A stretch of 64,000 bases of DNA from Chrysomallon squamiferum (lineage: Eukaryota; Animalia; Mollusca). The DNA is taken from positions 13,764,001 to 13,828,000 of the forward strand of contig CM022678.1 in NCBI GenBank assembly GCA_012295275.1, read 5' to 3'. This document shows, piece after piece, positions 1 through 12,800 of this stretch (its first letter is position 1; each line of letters begins with the position of its first letter). The notes beneath the pieces are model-generated. The model saw nothing but the letters and a program-made list of their open reading frames with translations, made no database searches and was not told where the DNA came from. The position numbers and the translations under genes were made by a program.

Positions 1-101
1 TAATTTTAAAAAACACTATGTGATTTGAATAAAAAATAATGGTAACAAGAAATTAGGAATAATTATCTATTAATAATGAAACATTTTCATTTTACTTTTA
101 G

Positions 102-2951
102 TATGACAGATGGACAGATGATCAGAGGAAGAAAATATTAGATGATTTAGTCAGGAGAAGTAAGAAAAAGCAGTTGGAGTATGCCAGGGATCTTTTACAC
201 GACAAAGTTCCAGAAAAACATTTAGATTTCACTCGCACTCTGCCTAGAGTTATCTCTCTTTATATTTTCTCTTTCTTGGACCCACGAAGTTTATGTCGTT
301 CTTCAAGGGTAAACAATTTTTTATTATTAATATTTATATTTTAATAGAAGTTAATCAGATGTGATGTAAACATAAATATGTGTGTTAGTAAAAGGATTAA
401 TGTTAAAAAAAATAATTATTTTATTTATAGATTCTATTTGCAAAGGGTATTTTAATTTTATTTAATAAATTGGTGTTAACTGTTTTATGTCTTGGCAACA
501 TATGATACACTTTTTTCCTTTCTATGTATTTATTTTATTGATGTTTACTACTTGTATTACTTCTGCAGGTTTGTTGGTATTGGAAATATTTGTCAGAACT
601 TGATCAGTTGTGGATGCCAAAATGCTTGCGTCTTGGCTGGATTTTAACTTTCACACCAAGTCCATATGAAACTGGTGTATGGAAAAGAAATTATGTCGAA
701 AACATTAGAAGTCTTCAAGTCTTGAGACCAAAGGTAACATTTCATCTTATGTAGATGGATAACATAGCTTTAAAACCATGCACTTAATTTTAATTTTACT
801 ATAAATGTTATAAATACTTGTTTAGTGAATGTTTTTATTCTTGTTATTAATGGTTTTTGCATTATTAAAATTTCAAACACAGAAAATGATGAGATACTAT
901 TTCAATTCATTCCACTTATAAAATTAGATAATAAAAAATATCCAGTTTAAGAACAAAAAATATTTATACATGAAGCTTTTGATACTTATAGAATTATTAA
1001 ATTGACTTAGGTGATGAATTAGTATTGTATTTATTTTGAGGAGAAAAAAATAAAAACATAAACCAAATGTACATTTCTTTTTTTATGTTTCTTCAATAAA
1101 GATTGAACCATGGAAACCCAAGCTGGTATAGCATGCTTGTATTAAATATTTAGTGTTCACATGACATTATAAACACTCACAGATCACAAAACGGGAGTGC
1201 TGTACACTTTAAATATCTTTTAAAAATCTAGAAATTTATTGTGCACCTTTATATTATGTTCCAAAAGATATAGTTTTTCTTTATTTGTTTTTCACCTATT
1301 TTTCTTCAATCAAGTGAAATTTGAAAGTTATACTTTTTCTTTTTAACAAGCAAAAGGAAAGAAGCCAGAAAAATAACATTTAGTTATAATTTTAGTTTTT
1401 GAAATGTTTCCATATTCATTATATTAATTTTTCTGTGCTTTTATTACATACCACATAGATTACCTTCCTTCATGTTACACAGCATGTTTATGTACATGGT
1501 ACAGAATAATTTCCACATGGACAAAGTAACCACAGATTTAATTTACTCTGCATTACTGTGACTTGTATCATTTAGACAACATGATCACTAGTTCTTCCGA
1601 TTCCAAAAAACCAACAAAAAACTAATTTATTGCTCACACCAGAATTTCCAGGATTGTCAGTTTCATTTTATTGTGGTTAATGTAAATGTATATTCCAATA
1701 GGAATGATATTAAAAAATGTATCTTTACCAGTTTGTTTAAAACAGTTCCTCTTATTTTATAACAGTTCTCTTTTTGCTGATGCCCACTTTTCTGTGTCAT
1801 TAGTTTAAGCTCATCTAAAAAACCACAGATTAATAGTTAATTATTATCTGTTATAATTATAAATAATTATTATCGGAACCTATGTTTATCAATATTTAAA
1901 CTTATTCACAGTTTCTGCTAACTGTTTTAGGAACCAGTGCACATAGATTTGGCCAATTTGCATACAGACAAGAACAAGAAAGAGAAAAAACACAAGTCCA
2001 AGCAGACACACAGTCAGCCATGGAGAGGATCTGATCCAGTTCCTAAAGATATCTGGAGATACAATGTCTTACCTAATGAGGATGAAGTCAAGAAAATTAA
2101 CAAATGGTCAGTAATTATACATTTTTCCTTAAACTTTCTGTGAATGCATTTGCAAGTTCAGTCAATTTAAAGTTACTTATTATAATTTTCAAATTTGATT
2201 TAATTAAAAGGTTTTTTTAATGTGATCCAAGACACTATTTATTTTATTTCATTTTATTTCTATTGTTTTTATCTTGATTATATTAATAATTATGTTTATT
2301 ATTTGATATTCAGATTAAATCTGCGAAAATAAGCAATATTTGACTGAGAGTACAATGTTTTATGAGAAATAGGTGTTTTAATCATTACAACTTGCATAAA
2401 CATTAAAGAGTTAGTCAATCAGTTTCTTCATTTCATTTCAGGAGAAAGATGAAAGCATATGGTACTGCTGTTGATTCTTTTTCAAAAAGTATGCAAAGAA
2501 GTAGAACACCAACAGCTCAAAGTTTAAACAGTTTTACTCGGCGATCACAGTCTTTATCTGTAAGCAGTGCTGAATATCAGTGTGTATCTCAAGTACTTCA
2601 AGTACAAAAAATATATATGGGGAATTTTCATGGAGTATATGTATGACATTTAAATCTGGATTTGAAATTATTTTAGACTTTTTTTTATTAAAATCTCTAG
2701 CTTTAGCAATTAAATCAATTATAAACCCTCAGATAGATAAAAATTCAGTGTAACAAGCTACAATCACTCATTACTATAATAACAATTGAAAGAAAATAAA
2801 AATAGTTAAGTGATAAGAATGGAATATACTAATAAGAGATCTTTTACAAAATATCATTCATTACTACCTTGCAAAATAACCAGAATTATATTCAAAACTG
2901 ATATTCATTTTTAAATTATTGTGCATATTAATTTTTTTAAATTTAGTTCAT

Positions 2952-2986
<35 letters not shown>

Positions 2987-3722
2987 TACATGCATATGTA
3001 GATAGATAGATAGATAATTTTTGTTTTTTATAGGAAAAGAAAATCAAACTTCTTAAAAGGCAAATGGAATTTTTTTTGATGTTGAAGCACATATTCATTT
3101 ATTTTCATGACAGCGACTCCATGCATCTGTCAGTTCAGTCACATCACCTGATAGGCCTCAGTGGGCCATTAAAACAACAGAACTGATTGGGCGACAGAAT
3201 GGTGGCACAACTGCTGTGGTTCGACCCAAACCTGTTAGCACACCAAAAACACCAAAATCTTTTCGTCCATTAACATCAACTAGATCTGACCGAGATCCAC
3301 CAAGTATGTTATTATTTAAAATTAACCAAAATTAAAATAAAAGTTTAAAAATTCCTTTTTTTTTTTTTTGTTGATATTTAAAATTATTCTAATTAAGTTT
3401 TCTTATTTTTTAAAATATATTATGGAAAATATAATGAATGAGATATTGAATTTTTTTTTTTTTTTTACTGAAATAAAATATCTTTTTAACGCATTTTATC
3501 ATTATTTTAGCTCCATCTGTGAGTTTAAAAAAAAACATAACCAGCTTTCAAGTTTGATTATATATATATTTATTTTCTATGCTTATTAAAAGCATCATGT
3601 GAGTGATAATTTTTCCTATTCATCTGATAATTTTAAAAGTTTTATTTGAACTTGTAGGTACAGATCTGTTTCCTGACAAGCCTTGGGTAGTGCCAGATCA
3701 CGCCGAGTCAGATGAAGATTAA
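102..3722 (+). CDS. FBXO16: F-box only protein 16-like, 5' exons outside window. Exons 102-308, 569-733, 1931-2106, 2442-2559, 3114-3303, 3658-3722
   Basis: Phase-consistent GT-AG exons translate to YDRWTDDQRKKIL...DFTRTLPRVISLYIFSFLDPRSLCRSSR|VCWYWKYLSELDQLWMPKCLRLGW (F-box with FBXO16-like context), later QPWRGSDPVPKDIWRYNVL. Stop TAA at 3720-3722. Confidence 0.88.
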
Positions 3723-5473
3723 ACCAATCTTACTTTAGAAGACTGAAGAATGAATGAAATTATTATTTATATTGTTAACAAACATGCCATTATAGAGAAA
3801 GGACAGAAAATAAATATAGATAATCAAACCAGACTAAATTGAGAATGTACTACTTAAAAAATTCTACATTATTATTATAAATATTTAAATGTTTTATATC
3901 TATTTTTATACAACAGAACATAATAAATGTCTGAACTAGTTGAAACAGGTTTCATGATCCTATTTTAAATTATATTTATGTAAACTAGATAATACTGGCA
4001 TAGATTTTTTAATTGTGGTAACGTAGTATTAATACTGTTATTTATTTATTTTAATATTCCAGTAGACGTATGTACAGTCTGCATGCTATTTTATTTATTA
4101 TTGTTTTATAAAAACTTACAATCACTTACACATGTCCTTTCTTTTTAATCTATTTTATGATTAATAGTTTCATTAAATACATCTGAAACTGCTATAAAAC
4201 ACACTAAAGTGTTTTAACCATTTTTTTAAATATTTTTTATGTCCATTTATGATAAATAAGCAAGAGTGAATTCAATGGCATTATTTTTATGTCACTTTTA
4301 TAAGCTTTGTCTTGTCTTGTCACAAATCATATTCTTTTTGTTACTTTTATAACTTTTTATTATTATTGTTATTTTTTTGTTTTGGTCAGGAAAGATTTAT
4401 TTATAAAATATTTATCTGTTTCAAAGATTACATAAATTATCATTCTTATCCTTTATGTAATGAATAGATCTAGATATTTGTATCTATACCAATAAATTCC
4501 TAATTAAACATTATCAACTTTTCAACTGAAGAAAATACCCATTTATTTGTATTTATATTTCTCAAATTTTTAGATTATTTTAATAAAAGTCAATATGTAG
4601 ATGTAAATTGTTTTTATTACTTATATGAAAACATATTAAATATGGTAGTGATGATTTCTTTTTATTTATTTTTTTATTTTTTAAAGATAGAATAAATATT
4701 CATATAAAAAGCTGCATTGTGTTTTCTTAACTGTATGAATGTTTAATAAGGTTGGCTCTATGTGTTTCTTACTAATCCCTCTGGAAACCTGAACAAAAGC
4801 TATTTCTGTACTAATTTTTATATACTGAAATTGGTGGGAATTTCTGTAACACAACAGAAATTAAACTTACTGAAGTAATTATTTAGTTGTATATGAAAAA
4901 ACTGCTTATTAAAGAATCCAGAAGTTCACTGAATGTTTTTTAGTAAAGAAATTTATTAAATTCCAAATTTACTGATGCCTAAAACACTTTAAAGTGTACA
5001 TGCATTAACAGCCTAATAACAAAACTGTATAAATAAAACAGAAGACAACTGAAGAGAAGTAATTAAATTAAGGTATAAAATAAAGTGAACAATATAGCTT
5101 CATTATCTTTTTTATCTAATTCATAATAAAATTTATGACTTCCTAAATAATACTTTCTTTTGTTCATACGCTGTATCAAATGATTTTAAAAAATTGTGAA
5201 ATAACACTTGTGTGAAAATATACCTTTATTATGAGTTTTACTTACTATTACAAAAATATGTATTATAGTGAAAAAAAGAAGAAAAAAGAATGCCTATCCT
5301 ATATCCAAATTTCTTCTGAAGACCTCTTTTACAAACATACAGTGCATTTTAATTCTTGAAGTATTATGTCACATCACTTAATAACTAAAATATGTCATGA
5401 TACCTTATAAATGAAATATATATAAAAAATACACAGCTAAATCTTTCTAAACTATTTAGAAATCTTCTTATAT

Positions 5474-8046
5474 TTAGGCTTTATGAACCTTTGTACGGCC
5501 AACAAACTTGTCCATGAAATTATCTGCTCCAACCAATCTGTTCACCTCCACCATTCCATCCACTGGAAGCATTCTTAATCATAAAAATAAAAATGACTTA
5601 GACACTAACAGGCCTAATGTTTTACATTATTACATTATTAATATTTGCTTTTTCAGTCATTTTAAAATATTATTGTAATTATTATTTTTATATTTTCACA
5701 AATTAAGTAGTACTTACGTCTTTAAGATGGAACAGAAGTAAATAAGTCTTGGAATGCAAATTTGATACTGATTGGTTAGAATTCCATGCATTATTTGCTG
5801 TACTACATAGTCAGTTTCCAGTGCAGGTAATAATGATGGATACCTATCAAGAAAAGATTAAATTTATAATATATTAAGTGGGTTCTAAAAATCTGTACTA
5901 ATGTTACACTGAAATTGTTAACAATTTTACCCACACTTTTATTATTTATGTCAAAAAAGTAATTTACTGTTTTTATATTGTTTCTGAAAATTGTTTTAAG
6001 TTTCTAATTACACAAATTTGTAGTAAAGGTTAATCCTTACTTCATCTCACAACCTTCAAACATGCCAGTGTTTGTGAATGATGGACACACAAGTGTAGTG
6101 TGGACACCATCCTTTCCAGAAAAGGCAATTTCATAGTTGAGAACTTCTGTGAAGCCAACAACACCAAACTTTGAGGCACAGTAGTCTGTCAGTTTGTTGG
6201 TACCAATTAATCCAACAGAGCTGGCCATATTGACGATGTGGCCATGGTTTTGCCTTAGCATTGATGGTAGAAAGCATTTCACAGTCTGAAAAGAAATTTA
6301 ATAGAACTTCTTTTCTGTTTCTACTATTTTATTAATTTAAAAAAAAAGAAGATGTGAATAAAAATAATGTAATAGGTTTCACAAGGGTTTTGATAGCTGG
6401 TTTCTATTTGGATTTTTTTTTATTATTAATTTTAATATGAATTAAATTTCTTTTTATTTAGTTATATTTAAAAAAAAAAAAAAGACTAAAAAACAAACAT
6501 AACTAGTAAATTATGCAGTTAAAAAAGATATAGTTTATGTGCATGGACTCAGAAAGAAGTGTCACAAATTAATTTATTAAATACTGCAACAGGAAAGATC
6601 CCATGAGCTGTATAATTACCTACTGAACATCTCTGTGCTTTATTATGTACTTAATATATTCTAAGTATAGAAATGCTTAAAAAATTAATAAACATTGTTA
6701 AAAAGAGAATTAACCAATGAAATACTATTAATAATAAAAATTCTTTGTGTTGCAGTTATACTATATTATGGAATATTATTTGGAAACTGTATACAAATTA
6801 TGTTAAATGCACTTATAAGAATGACATTTTATTTCAACACTTTTTAATTTCATTGATTATTGGGGAAACCATTGCCACAGTAAAATGGATCTTAGTAAGG
6901 CAAGCTATTTTAAATCCACTTCCACACAAAATGAACTAGCACCTACCAAGAGCATCTGTCTATTTGATTTAACAGGTCATGATGAACTGGATTCCATGAC
7001 ATCCATAAACCAACTAATATAACATTTGAATCTTTATCTGCTTTTGTTCACCATCTCAAATTTGCAGTCATGCATTTTCTTTTTGTGTAGCAAAGTACAA
7101 TTACAAACTATTTGGAGCCAGACAGATTAAGATGACCTGGTCAGAAAAACCAGCAGAATACAAAGGGGTTATGCCTGGATAGGCTGTTTTTTATTTTTAA
7201 TGAGGGGTACAAAGCACTGTTTATTTGGACATTTTTTATTACAGGTGAAATAATCTAATTGAAATAAAAAATAAAAAATAAAAAATTCTGTAAGTTCCTA
7301 TAAATTCACTGTTATAAAACTTTTAATTTATTTACAAATCACAAATTAATTTTAAAAAGTAAATCAGAATTTTTAAAAACTCCTTTTACAATGTAAGGAT
7401 GAACCCATCTCTTCTCTTGTACATTTTATTTAAATTTAAAATGTCTGCAGATGGACTACCCAAGTGACAGATGAACAGTGTATTGTTGGTTCAGACTGTG
7501 CTGATGACATATTATTGGATCCACAGACCTACCTATTTCTGACAGGTGTCATGTTACTGTGTCAAACCAAATTAATCTGTACTGACCTTTCTATTTGTTT
7601 GAGTCTCACTGAAGGGTGGAATGAAATGTTAGAGCATAACATCCCCATTCACAAAGTTCCCCAAATATTAATATTAGCAAAAATACAAAACATATTCCAT
7701 TTCTTTCTTTTTTGTACATTTAATAAATATAATAGTAAAAGTATACCATGCAGTAAATTAAAAACAGAAATTAAGTAAAGATTATAGAGTGGTAAAATTA
7801 AAAAAAATAATAACAAAACAGTTGTGGTAATAAGAATATTTGAACTAAAATATCTTTATAATTAAATTTGTTCAACAATATATCATTTTTTAAATAAAGT
7901 TTCAAATAAATAAGTAAATTGAATGAATTTATGATTAATAGAAAAATTCTCATTTCTAATTAACTGAACTTACTCAGTACCCTGAATACTAATTAAATAT
8001 TTTGAATTTCTGTTTACGAATTAAGATAATTTTATTTTGTCACTGT

Positions 8047-8098
<52 letters not shown>

Positions 8099-9002
8099 AA
8101 AATAAAACAAATGTTTAAAAAATATAATAATATAAATTTCTTTAAAGGAAATAACTTACCCAGAAGTGGGCCAACAAATTGACATTAATTGTCCGTTCAA
8201 TAAGATCATCTGGACATTCAATGAGTGGTTTTCCAGTCACAATGCCAGCATTGTTCACTAGAATAGAGACATCCCCCACTTGTTGCCTTACTAATTTACC
8301 AACTCTATAAACTTCTGATCTCATGCTGCAATACATTTGAGAGACGTTTGTTTTGTTTTAACAGTGATTTTTTTTAAAGTTTATTTGATTTGTTATTTAT
8401 TTCTTTATTTTATAAATAGACAGACTGACAGATAGATAGATATGAAGGATTATAATGTTTTAAGATGTTCATACTGGCTATATCAAACATTCAACTACAG
8501 AAAAAGGACATAACAATAATTTATTTATTAGTCTTAACTTAAGTTATAATTAATAAACTGAACAAACCAATTGATCTGTTTTTCTACGATCATACAAATT
8601 TAATTTTAACTGAATTTATAAAAACCACTGTGAGTTCATCAAAAGTCATAATGAAATAAAAAAATTAAAATGTAGAAAATCTCACCTGACATCACAGACG
8701 TACGGGTAACACTTTCCTCTAAATCTGCAAATTATTGAAGCTGTTTCATCGTTGGCAGACTTATCAATATCCCAAAGGACTACCTGCGATCCACGTTTTG
8801 CAAACTCGATTGCAAGTTTCCTTCCAATGCCATTCCCAGATCCCGTTATAAGCACGATATCTTTCTCTATACTCTTTTCTACTGATGAAATAAAAAATCG
8901 TATAAAAATCAAACCGTATGCACATAAGATTGTTCTGAAACTTTGAATTATTTCAGATATTATATTTATAAAACCATGCCATCTTCCTTCTGTTGTGGAC
9001 AT
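5474..9002 (-). CDS. Short-chain dehydrogenase/reductase SDR16C family (RDH10/SDR16C5-like retinol dehydrogenase). Exons 9002-8686, 8325-8160, 6285-6041, 5843-5718, 5573-5474
   Basis: N-terminal hydrophobic anchor, TGSGNGIG cofactor motif, VLWDID (Asp suggests NAD preference), NNAGIVTGK, catalytic [21 protein letters not shown] and C-terminal MDKFVGR. Splice phases are consistent. Confidence 0.92.
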
Positions 9003-9620
9003 AATGCTTGATGTTAGCCCGTCGTTGATTAATTGTCGTCTGCATCAGACAAGTTAAAAATGGCATGTTTGATCTCTATTGTCATGCCGTAAACCGAACT
9101 AAGAACCTTAAAACGAAAGGCGTTTATATATTTTCATATTATAATTATTATTATTATATGTAATGTTGTATATAAAATCGTATATTCTCATTAATAATTA
9201 CCCTCAAGTTTAAATGATATAATCATATAGAATATGCATTTAAAACAAATGTGAATATCGCATTATGCAGTTTATACTAATTTTATATATCATTTCAGAA
9301 TATTAGTAACATGAATGTCATTAATTATGATACCAAAATACCATAACTGCTTGCGTGTAATAATTATGTAAAACTAACAGCAATGAGTGTTAATTTCAAA
9401 ACGTTTGTCACATTGTCAGAAATATTGTTAAACTTTCGTATTTGAATAGACATCTAATTTACAGTTAATAGTTTTAAAATGACAATAAAATTAATCAAAG
9501 ATAATCAAAGAAATTAAATATATATGCTCAAAACATGCAGAAGTTGCATCGCAAATAGTATATGATATCGGTTAGGAAAATAGTTTTCTCCTCTTCCGCT
9601 TCCTTTTTGTCCAAAACAAC
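9003..9620. promoter_or_regulatory. Divergent promoter region between SDR16C and RPL7, with a TCT/5'TOP pyrimidine tract (~9584-9610)
   Basis: Opposed ATGs are ~620 bp apart. The tract ttttctcctcttccgcttcctttttgtcc lies just upstream of the RPL7 ATG, as is typical of ribosomal protein genes. Confidence 0.75.
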
Positions 9621-9844
9621 ATGACGGACACGTACGTTTCTGTTAAATTGCTGAATTAATCCTTAAGCATCCTATTCATAATTAATTATTTTTTAGTTAA
9701 ATTTCCTAAAAGTGTCAGAAAATTATATATTTTATCTTGTATATTATCAATTTTTTTTATATGGTATACGCACAAAAGATGAATTTGTTATTAAATAATG
9801 AGCTATTTTCGTTAAATTTGTTTCCTGACCTTTTTTGCTAGTGA

Positions 9845-9875
<31 letters not shown>

Positions 9876-12800
9876 TAAATAACCATGTTTTATAAATATC
9901 TTCTGACATTGATGAAGTAAAATAAGCATAGGAATTTTAAATTTTTTGGTGTGAAATAATCATTGGTTTTGTTTGATAGACGTTTGAATGTTACAACAAC
10001 AACATCGTGATTGTCACATGTCTGCGTTTTGATGCTCCGAAATGTATTTAGAAGGAACTTTCTGTATATTTGCCTCTAGTTGTTTGAATATATAAATTAT
10101 AAAACATGGTTTGACGAAGAATGGATAGTACCAACTGTGGTTGGAAAACAATTAAGGATATATTTTGCATTTGCGTCAAGTATTGAAATTATGAAAGATT
10201 TTTTCCAATTTTTGTAATTTCTCTTTTGTATATAGCAAAAAGCCACAGGTGCCAGAGAGCCTTCTGAAAAAGAGGAAACATAATGCAAAGATTAGAGAGA
10301 GTAAGGCCAGGGCTGTTTTGAAGCAAGCAAAGGTATTGGTAAACGTTTTATGCCATAAAATTTCTATTTCATAAAATATAGATGTGTTACAGAAAATGTT
10401 AACATCGTCAATCTTCTTGTTCCATTATAAAGAGCATTAACAGATAGCAAAATGACACCAAGATAATCAAAATATATTAATAAGTAAGTTACGGACATTT
10501 TAATTGTTAAAAATGGACAGAGTTCAATGATATTCTCTAGGTTATGTGACCTAGTTTCAAGACTCATAATGTGAGTTGCCAAAAATCTATTTGGTCAGAA
10601 CTTGTTAATGAATGGTAAGCAGAGGTCTCGCTGCATACTGTAAGAGATGGTGGACCTGCCATCACTTATGCTTGCGATGCCTTTGCCCACCAGTCCTCTG
10701 CAATGGCAGCAATAGCTGTCATCCGTTTTAGTCTGGCTGTCAGGCCATTGTTTTGCACTTTCAGAGTTCGCACTTTGTGTCTTGTCCCTAAACAAAATAG
10801 ATGTAATTTGGAGCAATGACTATTATATTTACAAAAGGATGCAATCCAGTTCCTCTGAAGTTTGCTGCAATTTGTGATGCTTGTGTAATCAAGGCTACTG
10901 TAGCAGGTGCTATTTTTAAAGCAAAACACGAAGTTAGTTTATTTCTGATCATATTCATATTATAATGTATATACTTTAGATATCCGAACACAGGAGAAAA
11001 CTATGCATCCCAAAAGTTTTTCCACTTAAGTTTGTTAGGCTGCTGGTACCTTAATTAATAACTTCTTTTTAATTTTTACAAATATAATCGATAGCAGAGA
11101 TTGGCATTGGTCTTCACTAAAAATTTCATCAAGAAAGCTTGATTATTAACAAAGATAGAGGGGAAAATGTTAAAATATTACTATTTTTGGTCACAAACCT
11201 CTGACTTACATAGCGTTTAACCGGACAAAAAATTGCTTTTCAGGGGGTTTAAAATGGCTGCTACTTCCTTAATTTTTTACATATTCACTTGATCTTGGTA
11301 TAATTTTAAAGTGGTTTACAAGCTCTACCCAACTGTCTTATTTATTTTCAGATTAGTGGGTTTTGAAAAATTTGTCCACATACCTAATATATAAACATCT
11401 TTTTAAAATAGTTTTCATCCTTAAAAAAAGATAGGTATTCAGTCTACTCAGTATAAAAATAATTATTATTAACAGCGCATTGCCAACTCACCATGACATT
11501 CTCATAAATATTCATTATCAGACTGCATTGTGATATTGTACGTTCAGAGCAATGAAATGGATCTCTCATTTGACACACACATGCAAATACAAGCATGTAT
11601 GTAATATATATACAGAAGGTTACAAAACAATGTATATATATGTGTGTGATGTGTGCATGTATATGTATATTATTTTGTATAAATTCATGTAAAGAATATA
11701 ATTTACAAAACCAGACAAAACTCACTGGCAACAGACACTTTGATTTTATTTAATTGCAAATAAAATAAACTTGTAATAGTTACTGCATTTATGCAGTTAT
11801 TTACAGGAGCATTTTTGACTAAAATGTAATTTGAACATTGTTCAAAGTACTTGTATCCTGACATTTTTTTCAATACTATCCCTTCATTTAACAAATGATA
11901 GTGATCAGTAAATGCTCAACATATTATCTAAAATTTTATTTTTCTTATGTAAGTTCTATAAGATCTGTTGGAAAAGATAATGGTTTAATAGAGAATGATA
12001 AGCTATTTTTATTGAAGTTCATTTGGCACAGCACTCTATTGGAATGACAACATTCAGTTCAGAACCTACCTTTGCAGTTATAAAAATATATATATTTTTT
12101 ATCAATTTGTAGTTATTGATATAGATATATAATTTTGAACAAAAAAAACCCATGTGTCTTTTGATCTGTTGAACAAAATTTTACAGATAGCCCTCTGCAC
12201 ATTTGGCATACTTGTAACAGACACTATTGGTAAAATTGACATCAGCAAAATTCTGGTTTGTAATATACCTGTGAAATAAGGTATTTGAGTTTTATGGATT
12301 TGTTGTGTGATGTAGAAATTTGATTATCAGTTTAAATAAGGATTACTTTTAATTGATGAATAATTTGCTTCCAGGCTTTGAAGACAAAAAGACGTGTCAT
12401 ATTCAAACGGGCAGAAAAATATGCTAAGGAATACCGCGTCAAAGAGAGGGAACTTATTCGAATGCATCGCATGGCCAGGAAAGTTGGAAACTTTTATGTT
12501 CCTGATGAACCGAAATTGGCTTTTGTTATCAGAATTAGAGGGTGAGAATACATTTATTATTTAGACACAGTACATAATCTGATAAAAATGGGTGCTTTAT
12601 CTCAGACACACACACACACACAAAATTTAAATATTTCCAGATGGCTTCAGAATTTAGGTAGACTTGTCAAGATTAAGAGGTTAAATAATTCTTCTATCGT
12701 CATCAAACTTCAGAGAAACAAACCTTTTTTTCTTTAATATGTGAAAACACCTGGTAATTGTATTTAATGTTACTGGTGATTATAAAACCTCTTGTAGTGA

